NCBI RefSeq assembly: GCF_001194135.2
Contig: NC_068992.1
Coordinates: 19,204,702 to 19,268,701, forward strand
Source: Octopus bimaculoides
Taxonomy: Eukaryota
Direction of reading: 5' to 3'
DNA length: 64,000 nucleotides
A program made the translations under genes and the position numbers. A model generated the notes under the pieces. That model was not told the DNA's origin. It saw only the letters and a program-made list of their open reading frames with translations, and did not search any database. Shown here piece after piece: positions 53,031-64,000 of the stretch. The stretch's first letter is position 1. Each line of letters begins with the position of its first letter.

Positions 53031-54288
53031 GTATAGGCTTAGTATAGGATTCTTACTTGTTGGAAGGCCCAATAACCCACGACAAGTGAATGTATGGTTG
53101 TGTGTAGTCTTTATTTATTCTATTTTCTCATTCTTCTTTTTCTTGCTTCTCTTTTTTAAGAGAAAGAAAAGGCCTGTTCTCAATCTAGTTTTATACAAGG
53201 CTTCACAGTCCCCTGACTGTGCTGTTTTCAATGAAATAGGGAAAACGGGAAATAAACGCGGGTAATTCTTCATAACAATACAACAATAACTTTTCTTTCT
53301 GAAGTTATGGAAGATATTCAATCAAAATTTTTAAATATCAAAAGATAATTGCATAAATACAAAATGAAATTTTGTATTCCAAGATAGACAATATAGACAT
53401 AGGTAAAGAAAAAATGACATTTGCTTTATTCTGTCTTTCAAAGGAATAAAATATCTTATTGCTTGATTAAATTATTGTATAAATGATTAGTTATAAAATT
53501 GCATGATATAAAATAATTAAACTCAGCTGGGACGGGGAGAAAACATAGAAACGAGATAAAAATATTCTTAGGAAATAAATCAATTAGGATAACACATATT
53601 TTAAAATCCTCTCCGAAAGAAAATCTTCGAGGAAAATACATATATGTCATTCTTGAATGTTTTTCAATTTACTTTTAGTGACGGATTGAAGAAAAGAAGG
53701 CATCATTTCATTCAGGNNNNNNNNNNNNNNNNNNNNNNNNNNNNNNNNNNNNNNNNNNNNNNNNNNNNNNNNNNNNNNNNNNNNNNNNNNNNNNNNNNNN
53801 NNNNNNNNNNNNNNNNNNNNNNNNNNNNNNNNNNNNNNNNNNNNNNNNNNNNNNNNNNNNNNNNNNNNNNNNNNNNNNNNNNNNNNNNNNNNNNNNNNNN
53901 NNNNNNNNNNNNNNNNNNNNNNNNNNNNNNNNNNNNNNNNNNNNNNNNNNNNNNNNNNNNNNNNNNNNNNNNNNNNNNNNNNNNNNNNNNNNNNNNNNNN
54001 NNNNNNNNNNNNNNNNNNNNNNNNNNNNNNNNNNNNNNNNNNNNNNNNNNNNNNNNNNNNNNNNNNNNNNNNNNNNNNNNNNNNNNNNNNNNNNNNNNNN
54101 NNNNNNNNNNNNNNNNNNNNNNNNNNNNNNNNNNNNNNNNNNNNNNNNNNNNNNNNNNNNNNNNNNNNNNNNNNNNNNNNNNNNNNNNNNNNNNNNNNNN
54201 NNNNNNNNNNNNNNNNNNNNNNNNNNNNNNNNNNNNNNNNNNNNNNNNNNNNNNNNNNNNNNNNNNNNNNNNNNNNNNNNNNNNNNNN

Positions 54289-54325
<37 letters not shown>

Positions 54326-54798
54326 AGTCTTCCAAAATATTTTCGGAAGGATAAAAATTGATTCGGTACTGAGAAAGAAAATAGGAACTTGTTTGACATC
54401 ATACGTAGATGCACCCTAATTGAAAACACTTTCATAGCACAAAAGTTTGAGAAGTCGTGGCTTTTAGGTGTACCTTGGGAATATTAGAAAACAACAACAG
54501 TTTTAGTAGTGGTTACGGTGTTAATCAGAAGATTATGTTTTCGATTCTCGAAACAGGCGGTGCGTTGTGTTCGTCAGCATACATTTTTTATTTACCTTTT
54601 ATTATTTGGGGGTCGATGACGAACCAATCTCAATTAAAGGCAGTGAATTTAAGGAGATGCTTGCAATGTTTGTTCCTGCTTTTTAACTCTCGAGTTTACA
54701 GCCCTCCATCGTCCACACGTGTGGTAGACTTAAACTCTTGCCCGATTTAACTCCGCCGTCTTTGATTTTACTGAAGTCGAATATGTTGCAACACTCAC

Positions 54799-55459
54799 AA
54801 GCAGACTTTTGGTTTCAGGGTGCCTTCCTTCTCCCCATTCGTATGTCTCAGAAGCCCCGAAACAATACACGGACATCTGCCTTACCATCTGACTAAAAGC
54901 TAAAAAAAATTAATTAAATTAAGAAATATAGTGCATGGCAAAAATAGGTACTTATGTACTTATATAGGAATAAAGATTCTATAGTGTGTAAAATACTTGA
55001 ATAACATGTTAGCTTGGAAAGTTAAGCAATATACATTAGCAAAGCATATATATTATAAGGCATTAACATATATTGTTATATTGTAGCGATTGTTATGTAT
55101 ATGTAAAAAGGCGGCGCCCTAGCAGAGACGTTAGCACGCCGTGCAAAATTCTTAGCGGTGTTTCGTCTGTCTTTACGTTCGAAGTTCAAATTCCGCCGAG
55201 GCCGAATTTGCCTTTCAACCTTTCGGGGTTGATAGATTAAATACCAGTTGCGTACTGGGGTCGATCTAATCGACTGCCCACCTGCCCGAAAATTTCGGTT
55301 CTTGTGCCTAGAATAGAAAAGATTTATAAATGTGTAAAGCTTTTACGAGAGAGCGTGTGACCAGAAATATATATAAGAAATTATGCCCATAATTATATCA
55401 TACAATATGCCAATGATACAGTCCTACTTACTATCATCAACTCGTTTAGGATATGTATG

Positions 55460-55496
<37 letters not shown>

Positions 55497-56891
55497 ATTT
55501 ACTTTTCGTAATGAGATAAAAATAACCAAGGATGTGTATATTTTTGTAACATTTATAAATAGGTCTTACAGCTGTTTCTAGGATATTTATTATATCCCTT
55601 CATCGGAGACGAGGGAGTGTCGGAGCAAGGTGAAAGTCTTTTACTCAATAACATATCGTGCCGACTGGTTTGAGAATCGAACCAACAATCTAGCGATCGT
55701 GATTACCGCAGCCTAGCCACAAGCCCACGCGTCTTCGCTATACATATGCGTATATGTGTGCGTGTGTATTTGTGTGTACACAGATGGACATACAGATAAA
55801 TGGACACATATACAAATAGATAGGTAGATAGATGAAGGGTTAAGCGTGTAGATACATACTTGGCTACCGGGAACTACATTTAATGTTCAACAAATCTCAC
55901 ATATGTTTGTTTAACAACATACAACAAAGCAAAGTCATTTTCATGTTTTCTATTACAGCTTACATTAAGCTTGAATGAAAGTATTTTATTAAAAGATAAA
56001 GTCACAGATGATTGGTTCACAAGATAAGAATCATAGACAAGAAAACACAAAAAACCAAATGAAACATAGTTTTAAGAAAGCAACAATAGTGAATATTCTG
56101 GTTTATCTTCCATGGTGTTAAGATGTTAGATCCCAAAATCACCAAACGATACGCAATTTATCTCTCAGGTGACAAGAATAATTAAAGAAAGCAGTGTTAA
56201 GTTTTCTTTCGGAGTCACTAATGAAACAAGGTTTAAGAATGTGATCAGTTAGTCCAATATTAAATTGGGATCTAGAATCGTTTCTCAATACGTTCCTCAC
56301 GTAGGATATACTTTTGCAAGGTAATTGCAGTGAAGTCAGTTATTTTCGAAACAGATTTCAATAAATTATTCTACAATGCTTTTTAGCGCCGTAACATCAG
56401 CAAAGAGCAACAACATTTTACACACTACATAAATCAACTCAATACAATTACAATTGAAGATCTTTATAGTATTTTTAATTCGCCAAAAATTAATGTACAC
56501 TAGATGAGAGATTTGCTGTGCTGTTACGTTTTACATTTAGGCTACAAATAGGTTAATACTACAACGTCGGATATGCTGCGTTTTGTTAAATTGGAACAAA
56601 GTAGATGTCTCTTCTCGTAGAACACGGTACACAATTGTAAGTATTTTTTTTTTTGTGTGTGTGTGTGTGTGTTTGTGAGTGTGAGTGTGTGTGCGCATTC
56701 ATAACTTTACACAAAGTTTTCAGAGATGCATTAGAATTATTCATAAAATATTTCTAATGAACAAATGTAATTTGCTTGTACTTTCATGATATCTCTACGT
56801 GCTGCTCACTATATGCGCAAAACTCACAGGGGTGTATAAAAACGTTCATTCTTACACAAACACAGTCATACATATACTTGCGTTCATATAT

Positions 56892-56941
<50 letters not shown>

Positions 56942-59900
56942 GTATGTGTGTATGTATGTATGTATGTATGTATGTTTGTGTAAGTGCATGTGTATGCTTA
57001 AGTGAATGAGTGTGTGTACGTGTGCGTTGCGTGTGTGTGTGACTATGTGTGTGTTTGTGTGTGTAAGTGTGGATGTGAATGCATCTGTGTTTGCGTTTGT
57101 GTGCACGTATGCGTGTAGTGGTTTTCGTATCTGAAATTAAATCAGTAACCAGAACTTCTCATTTGGTTGCAACGATATATATTTTTCATAACACTATTTT
57201 CAAAGTATCTTGCTGAAACCATTTCCTTTCATTCTTTTCGAGCTGGCACCTTATTTCTGATGACCTTTTAATTTTATATTAATTGGATTCGTTCTCTTTT
57301 TTTTTCTTTTTTTTTTTTTTACTTCATCTGATTTTTTATTGTAGCATGCCACTTCCATCAGTACTTCTATAACTATATATTTGATAATGGTTACAAAAAT
57401 GAAAATGCTCACAATAGTAAAACAATAATTACAAAAAAACATTTTTGAATTCATTTGCAACAGGGGGCCGAACAAAACGCACGACATTCATTTACATACA
57501 TGTACACACACATATACACACATACAGTCACATGCACATATTTGTATAACTATCCCAGTGATGAGAATCGTTTGCTTCTGTGGACTACGAGCAGCCCATT
57601 GACATCAGGGTGTTGGGTGGGTTGATCTATATCGAAACGGCACACATACATACATAATTACAGAGACATATACATACATAAAAATATCTATATCCATATC
57701 TATTTCATTTACATATTGTATTGTTATGAGATACTAACAGATTTTTGTATTGAAGATGATAACTAGGTAGGCTCTAAAAGATAACTAGTGTTTCCAAGTA
57801 ATCCTTGCGCACTGTGTACATGACCTATAAAATTACTTGAATATGCTATGTGCACAGATTAAGTGCGTTAATGAATTCAGATTCGTAAGCGACAATCTGG
57901 CATATACATATGTAAGTATGTATTTGACCCAGATTTGAAAACCTTATTTCCTTTAATCTTAGTGGTAAAAGTTTATATCTATGATTAATTTCATTATCAT
58001 CTACATTCGGTGACTCTTAGAATGCGAGTAACTTGTCCAATTTTTTACGCGAATTATAATTAATGTTGGTAGGCTCCTCTAATCTAGGTTAATGATTACG
58101 CTCTCTACTACTTAGTGCTTTTTGTTCTGAAATTACCCACTCTAAATATTTCTTCACCGTGAGAGACCAGATAGCGTCTTCTTTTTTTTCTATCTGAACG
58201 CTAACATACACACACATACACATATGCACGCACACACACACACACGCACACATATAAATATATGCATGCATGCATACATACATATGTATTATATTTGGCT
58301 CCATTTTTAAACCTGGTACTTACAGTCATATCATTTAATATCACACTTTTTCAGCTATAACGGTTACTGAAAATGTTTTGCATTTGTTGATATCGCAGTC
58401 ATCTTTGAGCAGACGTTCTATGGCATTTTGAATTTGACCAACTATATAAGTTTTTCTTTTATTTAAAGAATTACCCACGGGATGTAATTGGGGGAAGATG
58501 TAGCTGGTCTACGTAGCAAATCGAGCGACTTAATACTATCACCTGTTCCTTGGTTACCTTCGGAATTCACACATTTGAATCCCACATATGTATATATATA
58601 TATATATACATATCAAAAATAATGATAAGGATTATTACGAAGTGGCATAGCATTACCTTTAATTCTTTTAATATATATACAGCTTTACATAGGCCAACAC
58701 ACACAGGCACATATGTATGTATAAACATATATATGTATGAAGAAAACCACAACACATTAATTCAGCATCGCTCCCATTGAGGGAAGCTTTCCTGGAACTC
58801 CTTTTTGGGATAGCCTCGCCGCATTCTCTTGGATTTCCTCGACGTCTTGAAATCATGCTGTCGTCTTCCTTTTAGGTGACCCAGCTTTTATTTGTGTGTC
58901 ATCACCAATATACACACATTCCGTCACTTGTTATGACTGACTTGAAAGCTTTCGTCTTTTCCAACACAGTCAAGGAGATCCTGCGCAGGCAATGCCCCAT
59001 CTTCTTTTTTGAGATGACTACACCCTAAAAATTTATTTCCAAGCACTACTATGAACTACGGAAGAGTATACATGCACTGTAGAGCTCAAGATCTGTTTGT
59101 GGCCCTCTGCCTACTTTAGCCTCTTAACCATAGCAACAGTCCTGAAACTTTTTGATCAGGCCTCGTAATATGCATTCACATTTATGTACATGTATATACG
59201 TATGTATGTATGTATGTATGTATGTATGTATGTATGTATGTATGTATGTATGTATGTGTGGAGGTGCAATAGCCCAGTGGTTAGGGCAGCGGACTCGTAG
59301 TCATAGGATCGCGGTTTCGATTCCCAGACCGGGCGTTGTAAGTGTTTATTGAGCGAAAACACCTAAAGCACCACGAAGCTCCGGCAGGGGATGGTGGCGA
59401 ACCCTGTTGTAATCTTTCTCTCACTCTTACTTCCTGTTTCTGTTGTGCCTGTAATTCAAAGTGTCAGCCTTGTCACGCTGTGTCACGCTGAATATCCCCG
59501 AGAACTACGTTAAGGGTACACGTGTCTGTGGAGTGCTCAGCCACTTGCACGTTAATTTCACGAGCAGGCTGTTCCGTTGATCGGATCAACTGGAACCCTC
59601 GACGTCGTAAGCGACAGAGTGCCAACAGCAACAACAAGCACAAACATACACACGCATTGATGTATGCATGATCTTAGAATATCTCCGTTCTAGGTTTATA
59701 TACTTGAGTACAAATAATCGCAGAAATTCCATTGTAAGGAATTACAATGGAAATAAGGGCCAGCATTTAATATCCAGTGTTAAAAAACGATTTTTCTTTG
59801 GTATTCTATGTATGTGAATTGCAAAGATTTCCTTGTAATATATTCAGAAAGCACAATAAGATATTTCACCTCAAACTAGGGTGGTAATAAAATATTGAGC

Positions 59901-61166
59901 GAACAACGAAAAATAACACGGACGATGAATGTAAAATTTGAAATCATTTATTTATTACTTCGGCTGATACCCACGCTTCCTATTTGCAGGTTTGTTAACT
60001 GAAACAGTGAGAATTAAATATTTAACCATACAACAAAACAGCGAAGACGACATATTAGGTGCGAATATTTCATAGGATGATTTAATACATTATCGATTCG
60101 GTTAGGCATTCATTCAGTAATGGGTTATATATGATGAACACTTTAAAAATTATTGGATCATATAATGAAAACATTTTAATTTTGAAGCGGTTCGAATTAT
60201 ATTTTTTACAGCGTTTCATTTTGCAACAGAATAAATTCGTTTTTGTGTTATGTTGTGTAGTATGATAAAATTGCATTCTGTCAGAACATGTAAAAGTTTG
60301 AACATAGCTATCAATTAAATATTCTATGTTTCCCCCCATTATATTTGGCTCCATTTTAAAACCTGGTAGTTACAGTCATATCGTTTAATATCACACTTTT
60401 TCAGCTATAACAGTTAGTGGAAATGTTTGTATTTGTTGTTATTGTTGTCATTGTTGTTGTTGTTAGTTCCAGGCAAAACATCTTTGAGCAGACGTTCAAT
60501 AGCGTTTTAAATTTGACCATCTATATAATTTTTCTTTTATATAAAGAATTACCCACGCGATGTAATTAGAGGAAGATGTAGCTGCTCTACGTAGCAAATC
60601 GAGCGACTTAATCCACCAACCGTCTTAATACTATCACCTGTTCCTTGGTTACCTTCGGAATTCACACATTTAAAAATATTCAGATCAAGTTTCCTATAGA
60701 AGAATAATTTTCTCCCTTTCTCCTTGCAAATAGAAAATCCTGAAAAACAAAACATGAAGGTCCATAGGTGTTATCGATACCTTCTTGAATATTAAACAAT
60801 TAAAACGCAAGATAGAATTTTTTTCTTGCTACTTCCTTCTCATCTTCGTTGTTAAATACATTGTTGATGTTCTTGGATATTGCGACCATGTAAACTTCAA
60901 CAACATATGCGTGTATGCTTGCAAAACCTATGTCACGTGATAGTTTGAAAATGTCTTAGCAAAACAAAGCAGATGATATTGTTAAACTGGTACACATTTA
61001 ATCACATAACAAATTCTTCTGCTTTTAGCCTCAGAAAATTGTCTACGAGTTGACAAGGTTTTTCCGGTTTCAGAGATGTTAACTTTCAAGTTGTATGTGT
61101 ATATTTCTATACGCATGCATATTTCCATATATCCGTGTATGAATCCATACGTACACACGGACACAG

Positions 61167-61214
<48 letters not shown>

Positions 61215-62950
61215 ACATACACACACAAACACTTACACACGCACGTACATGCGCACATACACACATGCACGCACATGATTTTCGCTTGCGTTTTGTACGA
61301 CAATGCAGAAGAAGAATGATTTACTAACGATTTCAGCTCCGTAAATAGTTGAGGAAAAGCTGTTAATGTTTCCAAAGATATATTGTGAATTCTAGTCTTT
61401 TGATACGAGTGATGAGATCTTAAGTTATTCTAGCTGTTCAACAATAAATCTCGTTTTAGAGAACACCGACAACAAGAAATTATGTTGAAGTTTGCAAATA
61501 AATTTATCGAAATGAAACGAGGAAGCGTTACATAAATATATCATGTTATATTCTAAGCAGATGGTTTAAGTATTTGGATGAATGCTAAGATGTTAAATGT
61601 ATTTTCAACATTTAAACGATTATTGCACGTGGTTGTCAAAGAATATCATTAAGTAAAATTAAATATCAAGTCTAGAATCATAGTGTCGTTTGTGTCGAGT
61701 TCAACAATTTTTTTTTTTTTGGCTACGTTAGATTCGTTTTCAAATGTTTTTACATTTCCTCAAAAGCATGCTTTGATCAACTTAATGAAAATGAATGAAA
61801 AACAAACAAGAACCATAATTTTACAGATTGCTAATTGTAGGATGGGCAACACCAGTGACATACTTTTCATTGCCTTAAAGATCTGTGTAATGTAATAGAG
61901 GATGAAAGCTCAACTCATTTTACATGCCGGTCAGACAGATGCTCCGAATTCCACTGAATTCATTTGTAATCAGTGTTCTAGTTTGAAACCACAGTCAGTT
62001 GACTGTCAAGAAATGAGGAAATGCTACCACACGCAAATAACATGTGCACATTCTAGAAATGTTTTTGCATTTTAGACTTAGGTATTCGATTTGCCTTCGT
62101 CTCTGTAGCATGTCGATCAGTTGTATGCTGTATTGTAAAAGTCTTATAACCATCAGGTGAAAAAATTACACATTTCCTTTAAAGTTTCTTGTTATGGAAG
62201 AAACACAGTATACTTACCATTCTAAAATACTAAACAGACCGGTGAAAGTAATGACATTAATGGTTAACTTATGTTATATGTCGAAGACTGAACGACAAAA
62301 GACTAAAGAAAAATGAAATGTGCAGCAGACAAATTCGAGTGGTTTGGCATTCTAGGGAAGATCTAAGCGTAGTGACTAGTGCCGGTCCAGGAAAATTGGA
62401 TACAATAAAAGTAAGTAATGGAAGGAAAAGATGCGCGTGCAAGAAGTGGTCAATAGTGCAGAAGAGGAAGATAGAAAAACAGCACTTTTGAGGGACAGAT
62501 GCTGGTGCGTCTCCGACAGCGACTGCGTGGAGATCAAATGGATGACAGTTTTATGAATGCAGCCTGCGATATTTTGTAACTATGACTTGACAATCGTTGA
62601 AATTGTGAGGTACAATTGTTTTAAAGTTCCCACTACATAAACCCACAGATTGCGGAAAGCGTGAAACGTGTTTTATATTACAATGAAATATAATAAATTG
62701 TAAAAATGCGACTTTGATTCTAATACAATTATACAAACTCGGGTATATATATATATATCAAGAATATTATTTGAAACTACAATATGTATATAACTGCAGC
62801 CATGCTCGAGCACCGCCTTTAGTCGACCAAATTGATCCCAGGACTTATTCTTTGTGGGCCTAGTACTTATCAAGTTGTATGTGTATATTTCTATACGCAT
62901 GCATATTTCCATATATCCGTGTATGAATCCATACGTACACACGGACACAG

Positions 62951-62999
<49 letters not shown>

Positions 63000-63936
63000 A
63001 CTTATTCTTTGTGGGCCTAGTACTTATCCTATCAGTCTCTTGTGCCAAACCCCTAAGTTGCAGGAACGTAAACACCAACTTCGCTCGTGATGCGATGGTA
63101 GGGGGGGGGATAAATACAGACACACAAACATATTCACACACGCATACACACACACATACACATGCATACACACATATATACGACGGGCTCCTTTGAGTCT
63201 CCGTCTACCAAAGAGACTCACAAGGCTTTGGTAGGACCGAGGCTATAGCATAAGACACTTGCCAAAGGTGCCACCCGTTGGGGATGAACCCGGAACCATG
63301 TGGTTAGGAAGAAAGCTTCTTATCGCACTACCAGGCCTGATACGTATGCATATATACTGTGAAGGGGCCTGGCTTAGTGTTTAGGGTATTCGTCTTACAA
63401 TCGTAAGGTCATGAGTTCAATTCCCAGCGATGTGTTGTGTCCTTGAGCAAGACACTTTCTTTCATGTTGCACCAGTCCACTCAGCTGGCAAAAATGAGTA
63501 GTACCTGTATTTCCGAAAAGGCCCGCCTGGTTATGTTCTGTTTCAGGCTGAAGCTCCAAGTTAAGGGTAGCGTGTGTGTGGAGTGCTCAGCCACTTGCAA
63601 GTTAAATTAAGGAGCCAGCTGTTCCGTTGATCGGATACTTTGAAAGCTTCCATAGTCAATGTAATGTCGAAAATAAACCAGGATTTACATCTCATATAGA
63701 AGCAGCTGATGAAGATGGCGGTGCCTTTATTGAATAACATTATAAAGAAAAAGGTTTATTTGTATCCGCAGTCATTATCTGTTATTATATATCTGCTTGT
63801 TTTTCTGTGTCCTGGCGCCGAAATCCTGTGGTAGTTTACATTCCGACATGACAATCCCATCGATATTGTTTGGGTTTCTGAATTGATTCTTACCATTCTG
63901 GGATGGTTGTTTTGCCTGTTTCATAATAATAAGGCG
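54799..63936 (-). CDS. Candidate three-exon in-frame chain (63936-63894, 60693-60553, 54892-54799), unverified
   Basis: Canonical AG/GT sites and compatible phases give [93 protein letters not shown]. No family recognised. Confidence 0.2.
55110..55324 (+). mobile_element. SINE family S2
   Basis: GGCGGCGCCCTAGCAGAGACGTTAGCACGCC..AAGTTCAAATTCCGCCGAGG..TTGCCTTTCAACCTTTCGGGGTTGAT. Confidence 0.9.
55620..55740 (-). mobile_element. Degraded tRNA-like SINE head
   Basis: Minus strand: GCGTGGGCTTGTGGCTAGG..GGTTCGATTCTC (B-box)..TTGAGTAAAAGACTTT. Confidence 0.55.
58288..58576. repeat. Direct repeat, copy 1 (of 60338-60671)
   Basis: Colinear from ATTATATTTGGCTCC to GGAATTCACACATTT, with scattered substitutions and two indels. 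Confidence 0.95.
58755..59167 (-). mobile_element. Internally deleted mariner transposon
   Basis: TIR TA-CGAGGCCTGATCAAAAAGTTTCAGGACT at 59167-59139; [14 protein letters not shown] (first catalytic D region), [31 protein letters not shown] (C-terminus). Confidence 0.85.
59257..59637 (+). mobile_element. Full-length tRNA-headed SINE family S3 with tail X
   Basis: TGTGGAGGTGCAATAGCCCAGTGGTTAGG..GGTTTCGATTCCCAG; 3' part AAGGGTACACGTGTCTGTGGAGTGCTCAGCCACTTGCACG..GCTGTTCCGTTGATCGGAT; (CAA)-like tail. Confidence 0.9.
60338..60671. repeat. Direct repeat, copy 2 (of 58288-58576)
   Basis: As copy 1, with an extra (GTT)-rich stretch and an extra 17 nt between CTTAAT microhomologies. Confidence 0.95.
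62793..63338 (-). mobile_element. SINE family S1 carrying a templated insertion
   Basis: S1 sequence interrupted at 62872-62995 by a copy of 61088-61211. Confidence 0.9.
63357..63640 (+). mobile_element. tRNA-headed SINE family S4 sharing tail X with S3
   Basis: Head TGTGAAGGGGCCTGGCTTAGTG..GAGTTCAATTCCC; CORE-like GTGTCCTTGAGCAAGACACTT; tail AAGGGTAGCGTGTGTGTGGAGTGCTCAGCCACTTGCA..GCTGTTCCGTTGATCGGAT. Confidence 0.8.
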
Positions 63937-64000
63937 CTAAAATAGAATGACTCCCCCCAGACACAACAACATGTGCTTCAACACACGAACTCACATAAAG

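Noticed and set aside
59257-59335. tRNA gene (also the heads near 9500, 10250, 14960, 55120 and 63360)
   Set aside because: A/B-box-like heads lack full cloverleafs and run into SINE bodies present in multiple copies.
58288-60671. LTR retrotransposon bounded by the direct repeats
   Set aside because: No TG..CA ends, PBS/PPT or gag/pol sequence; the interior is a mariner, a SINE and unique DNA.

Overview
AT-rich, microsatellite-saturated eukaryotic DNA with 13 N-gaps (about 4.5 kb), almost all adjoining microsatellites. The repeat families (tRNA-headed SINEs, Dong/R4 LINEs, Penelope-like hammerhead motifs) match my recollection of cephalopod, probably Octopus, sequence; this is an inference. 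No intact protein-coding gene, rRNA, true tRNA or CRISPR array is supported, and most ORFs in the track are microsatellite or N-run artefacts. Supported features are decayed mobile elements: several Dong/R4 (RLE-type) LINE fragments, a Tx1/L1 ORF2 fragment, a CR1-like RT interrupted by a hAT-type MITE, two deleted mariners plus MITE ends, one clear and one possible Chapaev-like transposase relic, and about 20 SINE copies from at least four modular families. The best leads are: (i) a head-to-head pair of a tRNA-headed element carrying a Penelope-type minimal hammerhead core (28.7-29.2 kb); (ii) an exact templated insertion with a 31-33 bp target duplication (62.8-63.0 kb); (iii) a stack of Dong/R4 pieces in trinucleotide microsatellites with an in-frame chimera; (iv) SINE head/tail module swapping; (v) a few unverified candidate exons.
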